A stretch of DNA of 64,000 nucleotides from Promethearchaeota archaeon (GTDB lineage: Archaea; Asgardarchaeota; Lokiarchaeia; Sigyniarchaeales; SOKP01): positions 1,721 to 65,720 of the forward strand of contig JBHLLU010000004.1 of NCBI GenBank assembly GCA_048938895.1, in the 5' to 3' direction. Of the stretch, positions 44,315-53,395 are shown piece after piece. A model generated the notes under the pieces. The model was given only the letters and a program-made list of their open reading frames with translations, was not told the DNA's origin and made no database searches. The position numbers and the translations under genes are program-made. Position 1 is the first letter of the stretch; every line of letters begins with the position of its first letter.

Positions 44315-45025
44315 TTATTCTCTTATATAATGATAAGCGCCACATCTTAGACATTGATAGCGATTATTATCTAATTCCTTAAAATTATTTTTTTCTTTAC
44401 AATTTGCACATATTTTATTTATAATTTCTTTTCCAGAAATATCTATTACTTTTGAGATTCTCATTAAAAATAATTTTTCAGGGATTTTGGTAGATTCATA
44501 TTCATCTAAAAAATGAGTTTTTATTAATGTCTCTTCAATTGTATTTAAAACTGCTATTCTTCTGTAATAAAACTCTTTTTTTTTTTCTTTTTTGTTCTTA
44601 AAAGGAGTGATTCTAAAGCCTATTGCTTTTATTTCAAATTGATGTTCATAGTTGAGTTCTATAGAATAGGATATATTCGTTAATGATTTCTTAATAGAAT
44701 AAGCCTTAATAATTGGGAAATTGTATTTGAATTTACCTAGTTCTTCATCAGAAAATGTTTCTCTCATTTCTCTGGTTATGGCCCATTTAATTGATTTTTC
44801 TTTTTCTTTTTCATCTAATGTAGCAAGAGCCATTAATGAAGCACCTAACAATCCTGCTATATTCCCTCCAAGGGAAATTGCAGCTGCATTCATTGGTATT
44901 CGCTTTATAGCACCTATCCCCCCAATTCTTAAATTTGTTAAAAGTAAATTTCCTTTAAATTCCTCCCCATATCTTTCTACCTTACCCTTAAAAGAGATTA
45001 CTAGATTTTCTCTTTCATCTTGCAT
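44315..45025 (-). CDS. Hypothetical protein: PH/GRAM-like N-terminus, C-terminal zinc ribbon
   Basis: FKGNLLLTNLRIGG resembles the G-x-L-x-L-T-x-x-R strand of bacterial PH/GRAM-like domains. C-terminus: CANCKEKNN...YQCLRCGAYHY. Confidence 0.35.
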   Translation of the reverse strand: MQDERENLVISFKGKVERYGEEFKGNLLLTNLRIGGIGAIKRIPMNAAAISLGGNIAGLLGASLMALATLDEKEKEKSIKWAITREMRETFSDEELGKFKYNFPIIKAYSIKKSLTNISYSIELNYEHQFEIKAIGFRITPFKNKKEKKKEFYYRRIAVLNTIEETLIKTHFLDEYESTKIPEKLFLMRISKVIDISGKEIINKICANCKEKNNFKELDNNRYQCLRCGAYHYIRE

Positions 45026-45059
45026 GATTATACAATTGATTTTAGAACATATTCTGTTG

Positions 45060-45809
45060 TTATTCTAAAATTCTTCCATTTGGTAATATCATATCATATT
45101 CAGCATAAAAACCACCTAAATCTTTAATTGCATCTTCTAAAACAACATTTGAAATATCATATTTAGATGGTTTACTTATTAGTTTATTAGTTGTAGCTCC
45201 ATTTTGTATGTAAATTTCTTCAATTTTGATAAAAGTTTCTGTAAGTTGTCTAAGAGCTGGTTTTGTGTTATTTTCAATGTCTGGAATTAATTTTACGTTA
45301 TAAAACGGAAGACTATCAAACATATCTCTTGGGCTTAGACCAGGTTCATCATTTGTGATTTCCCCACTAATATCAAATATTTTTATTCCTTTTCTAGTAA
45401 CACTTCCGTTAATTCTATTTTTTTTAACTTTAGAAAGCTTTATTTCTGCGATTTTCTTAGGAATCCCCCAAATTTCTCTCCCTGCGGCTAAAGCAACATC
45501 ATCATCAACATATATACTAAATACATACATTCCTGGTTTGTTTTTATAAGTACAACTTAAAAGAAGTAGAGCTTCATTATAACGCCCAATAGAAGTTTCC
45601 GGATATTCCAGAACAACGAGAGAATCAAGACTACTTTCGATAGATTCTAATTCTGGAGGTAAATAATTCTTCTTTAGATTAGGAGCGCATTGAAATATTA
45701 GTGCAAGAGCACGAGCTTTTTTGTAGATAATTGGTGGGGGTGGATATAATCCATGTTGTTGAGGCATTGAATATCCCACATTTTGATTCTTTTCTATCAT
45801 AATTTTCAT
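45060..45809 (-). CDS. Acetoacetate decarboxylase (ADC) family protein
   Basis: LYPPPPIIYKKARALALIF, VALAAGREIWGIPKK; ~250-aa length. Confidence 0.6.
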   Translation of the reverse strand: MKIMIEKNQNVGYSMPQQHGLYPPPPIIYKKARALALIFQCAPNLKKNYLPPELESIESSLDSLVVLEYPETSIGRYNEALLLLSCTYKNKPGMYVFSIYVDDDVALAAGREIWGIPKKIAEIKLSKVKKNRINGSVTRKGIKIFDISGEITNDEPGLSPRDMFDSLPFYNVKLIPDIENNTKPALRQLTETFIKIEEIYIQNGATTNKLISKPSKYDISNVVLEDAIKDLGGFYAEYDMILPNGRILE

Positions 45810-45833
45810 CTCATCTCCTCAAAAATAAATTAT

Positions 45834-46067
45834 TTAAAGGGGTACGACAATATGCGTTTGTGTTCTGTCTACACCCTCAATTTTATGAATTTTAGCTAAT
45901 ATTGTTTTTGCAATAGTTTCGACATCTTTACCTTCGATTTTTGTTATTATGTCAATTCCTCCTGTTACAGAATAAGTTTCTTTTACTTCATCAATACTAT
46001 TTAATTCTTCTACAACAGACTCTACAAAACCAGCTTTAACTTTCATTAAGACAAAGCATAATGTCAA
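45834..46067 (-). CDS. Stand-alone Lrp/AsnC-type ligand-binding (RAM) domain protein
   Basis: 77 aa: CFVLMKVKAGFVESVVEELNSIDEVKETYSVTGGIDIITKIEG...GVDRTQTHIVV. TTG start. Confidence 0.6.
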   Translation of the reverse strand: MTLCFVLMKVKAGFVESVVEELNSIDEVKETYSVTGGIDIITKIEGKDVETIAKTILAKIHKIEGVDRTQTHIVVPL

Positions 46068-46095
46068 ATTTTGGACTCATCTCAATAAAATTATT

Positions 46096-46920
46096 TTGAT
46101 CATTATGATGATTATCTGGGGAATTTATAAGTTTTACAGTTCATTAGAGATTTTAGATATGAAAGAAAAGATTCGGAATTTATTTAACAATTTCATTAAT
46201 CATTATAAAGAAATAAATACCATTAAGACTAAATGGAGAGCACCACTCATAGCATTTGCGAATGCTAAGGATCCACTTTTCAATCAGTTAAAACAAGTAG
46301 TGGACAAAGATCATAAGCACCCCCGCGAATTACTTAAAAATGCTAACAGTGTAATAAGCTTTTTTATTCCATTTAACGAAGAAATTGTACTTAGCAATTC
46401 TAAAGGTGTTAATGCTTCAAAAAACTGGGCAATTGCTTACATTGAAACAAATAAACTATTAATTGAATTAACAAAGTATGTAGCTAACTATTTAGAAGAG
46501 GAAAGCTATGATTGCTTTCAAATAGCTCCAACTCATAATTTTGACGAAAAAAGATTAATAAGCTACTGGTCTCATCGACATATTGCTTATATTGCAGGAT
46601 TGGGAAAGTTAGGTATACATAATATGCTTATAACTGAAAAAGGGTGTTGCGGAAGATTAGGAAGCTTAATAACATCAGCATCAATTGACGCTACAGAAAG
46701 AAGTGAAAAGGAGTATTGCCTTTTTTTTCAGGATGGAAGCTGTAAACAGTGTATTGATAAATGTTTAGTAGGTGCATTAAATTTAGATTCGTTTGATCGA
46801 TATAAATGCTATGAGATTTGTAAAAGAAACGAGGGACTTTATTCACTTCACGGAGTATCAGATGTGTGTGGAAAATGCGCATGTGGGATTCCATGTTCGT
46901 TAAAAAACCCTTGTAAATAA
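46096..46920 (+). CDS. 4Fe-4S cluster protein, epoxyqueuosine-reductase/reductive-dehalogenase-like
   Basis: WRAPLIAFANAKDPLF..., CGRLGS, CKQCIDKCLVGAL and CGKCACGIPC cysteine clusters. A likely ATG start lies at 46159. Confidence 0.45.
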   Translation: MIIMMIIWGIYKFYSSLEILDMKEKIRNLFNNFINHYKEINTIKTKWRAPLIAFANAKDPLFNQLKQVVDKDHKHPRELLKNANSVISFFIPFNEEIVLSNSKGVNASKNWAIAYIETNKLLIELTKYVANYLEEESYDCFQIAPTHNFDEKRLISYWSHRHIAYIAGLGKLGIHNMLITEKGCCGRLGSLITSASIDATERSEKEYCLFFQDGSCKQCIDKCLVGALNLDSFDRYKCYEICKRNEGLYSLHGVSDVCGKCACGIPCSLKNPCK

Positions 46921-46951
46921 GCAAAAATAAAAAAAATAAAAAAAAATGAAA

Positions 46952-48406
46952 TTATTGGGGTTTTAATTCGGGATGTTCTTTTAATTCCATTCTCATTTTT
47001 TTTAAAGTATCACCATGTAATCCATAAGAATTGAAAAAAAGAATCGAACCCACAAGTGCTAGAGCGGGAAATACAAAAACTAGCAGCTTTATTCCAATCT
47101 CTCTTAAAACGGGGTTAGCAACAATTGGTGCATATTCACTCCAACCAGTTCCAGAAAATATTATGTAAATTGTTGTAATTCCAAGTATCATTGAAAATCG
47201 GTGTATGAAGGCATTTACTCCATAATAACTAGCAGCTCTTCTTACTCCAAATTTGAGGGCATCCTGATCAATGACGTCACCGTGAATTAAATCAATAAAA
47301 AATAGCACTGCAGACAGTCCAAATCCGATTGATGCAAAAACTACAAACGATAATATTCTGCTTATTTCATTATTTGATAAGAGTATCAAAGGGAACAGTG
47401 TGATTATCCAAACACCCATACCAATCATTAATCCTTTACGTGTACCAACTCTTTTTCGAATCCATGCTTGAAGAGGCATAAAAAAGGCAGCACATAGAAG
47501 GGCTAAAGCCAAAGTTACTCCAATTAATAAAGATCCTTGATCTCTGCCAAGTACATATACTGCATAAAGAGGAAAAACAGTTAATAACACATTAAAACAG
47601 TACCAAATTAACATATTTCCAAATGTAAATTTAATGAAAGTTCGATTAGAAAATGTTATTTTCAATGATTTAAAGAATCCTGGTCTTTTTTCAAAATCAC
47701 TCAGTTGTTCTTCTTTTTCTTTTACACCAAAAAATATGAATAATATTGCCATAACTAATACAATAGCACCTAAAATTATGCCAGATATAATATATTGCAA
47801 TTGAATTTTATCTACTTGATTATAATATCCTATTAGATCAATTTCAGGATCGATCGTTGGAACTAATGGAGTAATGATAATTGTAGGAATAAAAGATGCT
47901 AATATTACGGCAATCATTGTAAAGCTCTTGATAAATATATTTACATCTCCTCGTTGTTTTTCTGTAGGAAACATTTCGGGAAAAACTGCGTTTGTATTCA
48001 CTGAAAACATTGTATAGAATAACTCGAACGTGAAGATTATTCCTAGGAAATACCAAAACTTAAAATCGAACATTTTTGTGCTTAATGGATTTCTCAAGCT
48101 TACGGTAAAAAGAAATATCATAATTAGTGATAACGGAATAAAGGCAATTATTAAATAAAATTTACGTTTTCCTAATCTACCCTTCTGTTTTGTTTTTTCG
48201 CTTAATGCACCTAAAAGAGGATCATTAAACATGTTCCAAATGCCCCATAAAACAAATCCGATCCACATTTCAAGCATACTAAGATGTACTACGGCAAAAT
48301 AATATGTAAAAACATAGATAGTAAATGCTTGATACGTTAACTGATCAGGAAAAGCATTTGTGCCAAATAAGACTCTTTCTTTCAAAGATATTTTTCTTTC
48401 ACTCAT
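46952..48406 (-). CDS. GPH-family (glycoside-pentoside-hexuronide:cation symporter-like) MFS transporter
   Basis: About 12 TM segments. The N-terminus KERVLFGTNAFPDQLTYQAFTIYVFTYY and the GKRKFY loop are typical of MelB/GPH-type carriers. Confidence 0.6.
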   Translation of the reverse strand: MSERKISLKERVLFGTNAFPDQLTYQAFTIYVFTYYFAVVHLSMLEMWIGFVLWGIWNMFNDPLLGALSEKTKQKGRLGKRKFYLIIAFIPLSLIMIFLFTVSLRNPLSTKMFDFKFWYFLGIIFTFELFYTMFSVNTNAVFPEMFPTEKQRGDVNIFIKSFTMIAVILASFIPTIIITPLVPTIDPEIDLIGYYNQVDKIQLQYIISGIILGAIVLVMAILFIFFGVKEKEEQLSDFEKRPGFFKSLKITFSNRTFIKFTFGNMLIWYCFNVLLTVFPLYAVYVLGRDQGSLLIGVTLALALLCAAFFMPLQAWIRKRVGTRKGLMIGMGVWIITLFPLILLSNNEISRILSFVVFASIGFGLSAVLFFIDLIHGDVIDQDALKFGVRRAASYYGVNAFIHRFSMILGITTIYIIFSGTGWSEYAPIVANPVLREIGIKLLVFVFPALALVGSILFFNSYGLHGDTLKKMRMELKEHPELKPQ

Positions 48407-48573
48407 CTAATGTCACAAATTTGTGGTAAAATTTAAGATTTAAATGAAATTAGATTTTTAACCTTTTAAAACTATACTAATCTATTCAAAATATCAACCA
48501 TCTTAATATTATTCATTTAAACAAAATCACTTAAGGAAAGACATTTTATTTTTATTAAAAAATAACTACAAAT

Positions 48574-49167
48574 TTGATAAAAATGGCTGATTTAAAACTT
48601 GAAGTGGTATATTTTGAAACTGGAGGACCTAGTAATACAGAAAAGGCTTTAGAGATCGCTAAAAAATACGCTGAACAGTTCGATATTAAAGATATTATAA
48701 TGGCTAGTACCACAGGTTCAACAGCTGAGAAATCTCTTGAACTTTTTGACGCTAATAATTATAATTTAGTAGTCATAACACATTCCTATTATTTTGTTGG
48801 AGCAAATGTTAGGCAAGAATTTCCTGAAGAAAAAATGGCAGATCTAAAGGATAAGGGCTTGAAATTCTTTATAGGTACTCATGCTTTTGCAGGTCCAGAA
48901 AGGAGTATGAGAATTTCCCTTAAAGAATGGGGTCCAGTTGAAATTATGGCTAAGTATTTGCGTACAAATTTTAGTCAAGGAATGAAAGTATGTATGGAAA
49001 TTGCTACAATGGCTGTCGATGGGGGTTTAATAGAGGACATTGAAAAGGATATTATTTGCATTGGAGGAACTGGTCGTGGGGCAGACACAGTTTGCGTTAT
49101 AAAACCTGCACCTACTAGTTTATTTGACAAATTACGAGTAAAAATGATACTATGCAAACCATTATAA
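48574..49167 (+). CDS. Pyruvate kinase C-terminal (alpha/beta) domain-like protein
   Basis: VVYFETGGPSNTEKALEIAKKYAEQFDIKDIIMASTTGSTA ... GGTGRGADT. A likely ATG start lies at 48583. Confidence 0.5.
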   Translation: MIKMADLKLEVVYFETGGPSNTEKALEIAKKYAEQFDIKDIIMASTTGSTAEKSLELFDANNYNLVVITHSYYFVGANVRQEFPEEKMADLKDKGLKFFIGTHAFAGPERSMRISLKEWGPVEIMAKYLRTNFSQGMKVCMEIATMAVDGGLIEDIEKDIICIGGTGRGADTVCVIKPAPTSLFDKLRVKMILCKPL

Positions 49168-49198
49168 CTAATAGAAATAAATGAAATAAAAATATAGT

Positions 49199-50386
49199 CT
49201 AGATAATTTTTAATTTTTTTCCTACTTTTTCTATGGCACTTAAAGCCATATTTAAGTCTTCTTTTGTAAGGAGGGCATTCATCTGAACTCGAATTCGAGA
49301 TAATTCACGTGCCACCATTGGAAAAACGATTGGAGTCCCATATATGCCCTCTTCTTCGAAAAGTACTCTTGCTAAGTCTTGGGCTTTACCCGGATCGCCA
49401 ATGATTAATGGAATAATTGGAGTTTCAGAATTTCCTGTATTATACCCCATACTCTGAACTTCTTTTTTAAAGTAATTTGTATTATCCCACACTCTTTGTA
49501 CGTGTTCCGGTTCACTCTCAACTACTTCAATAGAAGCAATATTAGCCGCAACTACACCAGGAGGATGAGCTGTACTAAGAAGGTAAGTCCTACTTTTATT
49601 AGCACAAAATTCAATTAAATCTTGTGAACCTGCAACAGTTCCACCAAAAACACCAAATCCTTTACTCATTGATCCTCCTTCTACATGAACTTTTCCTTGT
49701 AGATTAAAATGGGCTACTATTCCTCTTCCTTCTCCTAACACGCCTTCTCCATGACAATCGTCAACGAAAATCATAGCTCCGAAATCTTCTGCTACTTTTG
49801 CTATTCCAGGCAGTGGTGCCATATCACCATCCATTGAAAATACTCCATCAGTTATTATACAAATTCGTCGTGCTCCTTCTTTTTCAGCCTCCTTTAATTG
49901 TCTCTCTAGATCACCGACATTATTATGCTTATAAATTACTCTTTTTGCTCCAGAAAGACGTACACCATCGATAATTGATCCATGATTTAATTCATCAGAA
50001 ACAACAATGTCAGGCTTTCCTACTAACATAGGAATTAATCCTGAATTGACTGCAAAACCAGTTTGACATAAAAGAGAAGCTTCTACTTCTTTAAAATTTG
50101 CAAATTTTTCTTGAAATTTTCTTGTTAAATCAAAACTCCCAGCTATAACGGGTACTGCTCCTGCTCCAGCACCGTATTTTTTGGTTGCATCGATTGTAGC
50201 TTGAATAATTTTAGGATGAGTCGCAAGACCGAGATAATTATTAGTATTGAGCATCAAAACCTCTTTCCCATCAACAGTAGAATGAGGTTTAGATCCATCT
50301 TCCAAATATCTAATAATCCATTCTAGGTTATTATTTCTTAATTCTGTCATATCCTCTTTAAGGAATGCAACAGGATCTCTGTTCAT
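49199..50386 (-). CDS. kbl: 2-amino-3-ketobutyrate CoA ligase (glycine C-acetyltransferase)/AONS-family PLP enzyme
   Basis: NNYLGLATHPKII, DELNHGSIIDG, FVDDCHG, PLP-lysine context GGSMSKGFG. Divergent from a tdh-like gene. Confidence 0.75.
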   Translation of the reverse strand: MNRDPVAFLKEDMTELRNNNLEWIIRYLEDGSKPHSTVDGKEVLMLNTNNYLGLATHPKIIQATIDATKKYGAGAGAVPVIAGSFDLTRKFQEKFANFKEVEASLLCQTGFAVNSGLIPMLVGKPDIVVSDELNHGSIIDGVRLSGAKRVIYKHNNVGDLERQLKEAEKEGARRICIITDGVFSMDGDMAPLPGIAKVAEDFGAMIFVDDCHGEGVLGEGRGIVAHFNLQGKVHVEGGSMSKGFGVFGGTVAGSQDLIEFCANKSRTYLLSTAHPPGVVAANIASIEVVESEPEHVQRVWDNTNYFKKEVQSMGYNTGNSETPIIPLIIGDPGKAQDLARVLFEEEGIYGTPIVFPMVARELSRIRVQMNALLTKEDLNMALSAIEKVGKKLKII

Positions 50387-50496
50387 TATATCACCTTATT
50401 TTTTAACCAACTCTGTGAAATTATTAGTTATTGGTATTCTGAAAACTATATTAGTTTTTCCGATCGGAATTATAGAGGGCAGAATGTGGGAAAATT

Positions 50497-51516
50497 ATGA
50501 ATAAACCTTTTTTTAAGGAGTATATTATGAAGTATACTAATAATGTGAAATTTAAGAACTTGATAAAAATGAGAAGAATTCTTGTAATAGGTGCTGCTGG
50601 ACAAATTGGAAGCGAGTTAGTACCATTTCTTAGGAAAAAATATGGAAATGACAATGTCATTGCTACTGGTAGAAAAACACCTCTTCCCGATGTAATTAAA
50701 AATTCTGGACCTGTAATATATTTAGATGCTTTAGAGAGAAATAGACTATCAGAAGTACTATATGAGTATGAAATTGATACTATCTTTCACATGGCTTCAA
50801 TATTGTCAGCTACAGGAGAAAAAATTCCTCAAACAGCATGGGACATTAATATTAATGGACTGCTTAATGTTTTGGAGGTTGGTCGTTCTTACAATGTTGA
50901 TAGAATCATATGGCCCAGTTCTATTGCGGCGTTTGGTCCTACAACACCTAGAGAAAATACACCAAATATTACTGTGCTACAACCAACAACTATGTATGGA
51001 ATTACAAAAGTAGCTGGAGAGTTATTAGCAGAATATTATTATAAGAAATATAATCTTGATGTTCGTTCAATGAGATTGCCTGGTATCATAAGTAGTGAAA
51101 CACTACCCGGTGGTGGAACTACAGATTATGCTGTTGAAATCTTTTATGAAGCTATTCAAAATAAAAGATATACTTGTTTTCTAAGAGAAGACACGGTACT
51201 TCCTATGATGTATCAACCAGACTGTCTTAAATGTATGGTTGATATATTAGAAGCCGATAATGCTAATTTAAGAAGACGTGTTTATAATATCACCGGTATG
51301 AGCTTTTCTACCGGAGAAATTGCAGCTGAAATTAAGAAGCACATTCCGGATTTTAAAATTGATTATAAACCAGACTTCAGGCAAGAAATTGCAGATTCTT
51401 GGCCCAAAACAATTGATGATTCTCTTGCTCGTGAAGAGTGGGGTTGGAATCCTTCCTATGGTCTAACCTCTATGACAAAGGATATGATAGAAATCTTAAG
51501 CAAACGGCTTAAATAA
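50497..51516 (+). CDS. tdh: L-threonine 3-dehydrogenase, extended-SDR (NAD-dependent epimerase-like) type
   Basis: ILVIGAAGQIGSELVPFLRKKYG, YGITKVAGELL (Y-x3-K), GGGTTDYAVEIF. Pairing with kbl supports the call. The start is uncertain (50497, 50527 or 50569). Confidence 0.65.
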   Translation: MNKPFFKEYIMKYTNNVKFKNLIKMRRILVIGAAGQIGSELVPFLRKKYGNDNVIATGRKTPLPDVIKNSGPVIYLDALERNRLSEVLYEYEIDTIFHMASILSATGEKIPQTAWDININGLLNVLEVGRSYNVDRIIWPSSIAAFGPTTPRENTPNITVLQPTTMYGITKVAGELLAEYYYKKYNLDVRSMRLPGIISSETLPGGGTTDYAVEIFYEAIQNKRYTCFLREDTVLPMMYQPDCLKCMVDILEADNANLRRRVYNITGMSFSTGEIAAEIKKHIPDFKIDYKPDFRQEIADSWPKTIDDSLAREEWGWNPSYGLTSMTKDMIEILSKRLK

Positions 51517-51597
51517 GTACAATTATAGTTCAACAGTTTAAAATATAAAAATCATTATTATTTTAAACTGATTAAAACTATTTTATTTTACAAATAA

Positions 51598-52425
51598 ATG
51601 GATGATAATACAAATAATCTACCAATTGTAAGTTTAGATTACTGGTCAGATTTTGCCAAAGAATTGGTCAAATTTGCAAATTTAAAGCCTAATGGAAAGA
51701 TCCTTGACGTTGGGACAGGCTCAGGAGCTTGTTTAATTGCTGCTACTGAAAAATTAGAATCGAATTGCTCTTTAGTAGGGATTGATCACAATGAAGCTAA
51801 TCTCTCCAAAGCAAGAAACAACTTTAAAAAGATTGTTGTAGAAAGTGCTCAATTCAGAACTATGAAGGCATCCAATTTAAAATTCGATGAGAATCGTTTT
51901 GACAATATTTTATGTGGTTTTATAGGATTTAGTGATTCTTTTGATTTCCAAAATAACCAATTTATTGATAAGAATCCTAAAATGAAAGAGATTTTTAGAG
52001 TGTTAAAATCAGGAGGTGAAGCCGCGTTTAGTACTTGGGAATACCAACAAGATATTGAAGTCGCAAGAGGGTTGTTACAAAAATATCTCATTGATAAAAA
52101 AATGAAAAATATAGACGAAATTGAAAATTTATCTATCAGTTATAGCAAAGAAACAAAGGGTGGTTTTAAACTACTTATGGAAGATGCTGGTTTTAATAAT
52201 ATCAAAATAACTTCGAAAGATTTTCAAATACATTATAAAACAATTGATGAATGGTGGGAAAAAATGAAATTTGCTGCTTGGATAATGAGATACACACTAA
52301 ATAATGATTTAAATAGACTTAATGATTTAAAGAAGCATGTCTTACCTCAAGGAATTGAATATTTTAAAGAAGAAGAGGTATTTAAATTTCAGAAATCAGT
52401 AATTTTTGCCTATGGTTCAAAATAA
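51598..52425 (+). CDS. Class I SAM-dependent methyltransferase
   Basis: ILDVGTGSGACLIAA, VGIDHN, LKSGGEAAFSTW. Confidence 0.6.
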   Translation: MDDNTNNLPIVSLDYWSDFAKELVKFANLKPNGKILDVGTGSGACLIAATEKLESNCSLVGIDHNEANLSKARNNFKKIVVESAQFRTMKASNLKFDENRFDNILCGFIGFSDSFDFQNNQFIDKNPKMKEIFRVLKSGGEAAFSTWEYQQDIEVARGLLQKYLIDKKMKNIDEIENLSISYSKETKGGFKLLMEDAGFNNIKITSKDFQIHYKTIDEWWEKMKFAAWIMRYTLNNDLNRLNDLKKHVLPQGIEYFKEEEVFKFQKSVIFAYGSK

Positions 52426-52534
52426 TGCCTTTTAGTTGAATAAAGGGAATTTTTTTTAAAATTTCTGTGAATAAAGCAAATTTTATTTTTCAATTACTTT
52501 TATATTCACTTAGTATAAATGGAGTGATTTGTAA

Positions 52535-53305
52535 TTGAAAATAGTATTTCAAGAAAAATATTACAACTCAGAATATGCAGGAGATCCCGCTGCTGCTCCA
52601 GGTAGATTGGAAGGCATTATTGAGCTCTTATCGAAAAATAAAGAATTTGAGTTTATAACACCAAATCCCGCAAAAAAAGAAGATATATTACGAGCTCATA
52701 CCGAGCGTCATTATAGATATATTAAGAAAGATTCATTACTATTTGAATTGGCTTCTTTAGCAGCAGGAGGATCAATTTTGGCTGCTGAAGAAGGATTTAA
52801 GAGAAATCCTACTTTTGCTGTTATTCGTCCTCCAGGACATCATGCTTCAGCAGATTCGTGCTGGGGATTTTGTTATTTTAATAATATCAGTATTAGCCTG
52901 TTGAAATTATACTCAGAAGATAAAATTAAATCTGCTTTTGTGCTTGATTTTGACCTTCATACTGGTGATGGTAATATAAATATTTTGAAAGGTAGAAGTG
53001 ATGGATTTCAGGTAAAGATTTTAAACCCAGGTTCAAGTGGACGCGTTAATTACATCAAAGAAGTCGAGGATTATATGCAAAATATAGAAAACATTGATAT
53101 ATTTGTTGCCAGTGCTGGATTTGATGAGGGTATTGAAGATTGGGGTAACAAATTATATCCTGAAGATTATTATGAATTAGGACGCTTTATGAAAGCATAC
53201 TCAGAGAAATTGTGTGAAGGAAGGCGTTATGCTCTTCTAGAAGGGGGTTATAATCCTGCGGTACTACCAAAAAATATAGAATCATTTTGCGAAGGATTTA
53301 AATGA
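52535..53305 (+). CDS. Histone deacetylase/acetylpolyamine amidohydrolase-family protein (short form)
   Basis: IRPPGHHA, DFDLHTGDGN, LLEGGYN. TTG start. Confidence 0.7.
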   Translation: MKIVFQEKYYNSEYAGDPAAAPGRLEGIIELLSKNKEFEFITPNPAKKEDILRAHTERHYRYIKKDSLLFELASLAAGGSILAAEEGFKRNPTFAVIRPPGHHASADSCWGFCYFNNISISLLKLYSEDKIKSAFVLDFDLHTGDGNINILKGRSDGFQVKILNPGSSGRVNYIKEVEDYMQNIENIDIFVASAGFDEGIEDWGNKLYPEDYYELGRFMKAYSEKLCEGRRYALLEGGYNPAVLPKNIESFCEGFK

Positions 53306-53395
53306 GGAAAATTACCTTAGATGAAAATCATTTGATTTCTTATTTCAATAAAAAATTTAATCAAGACCTGTGAATTCGAAAAAAAGGGTAAGAGA

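Noticed and set aside
45060-46920. ADC-family protein, stand-alone AsnC-type domain and 4Fe-4S protein as a functional unit
   Set aside because: The grouping rests on adjacency only, the strands are mixed, and I know of no shared pathway logic. There is not enough to report as a system.
50387-50568. Upstream extension of tdh (MNKPFFKEYIMKYTNNVKFKNLIKM...) as a real N-terminal domain
   Set aside because: The Rossmann GxxGxxG begins right after the third Met (50569). The extra 24 residues have no recognisable function and lie in the divergent kbl/tdh promoter region. The start is left uncertain.
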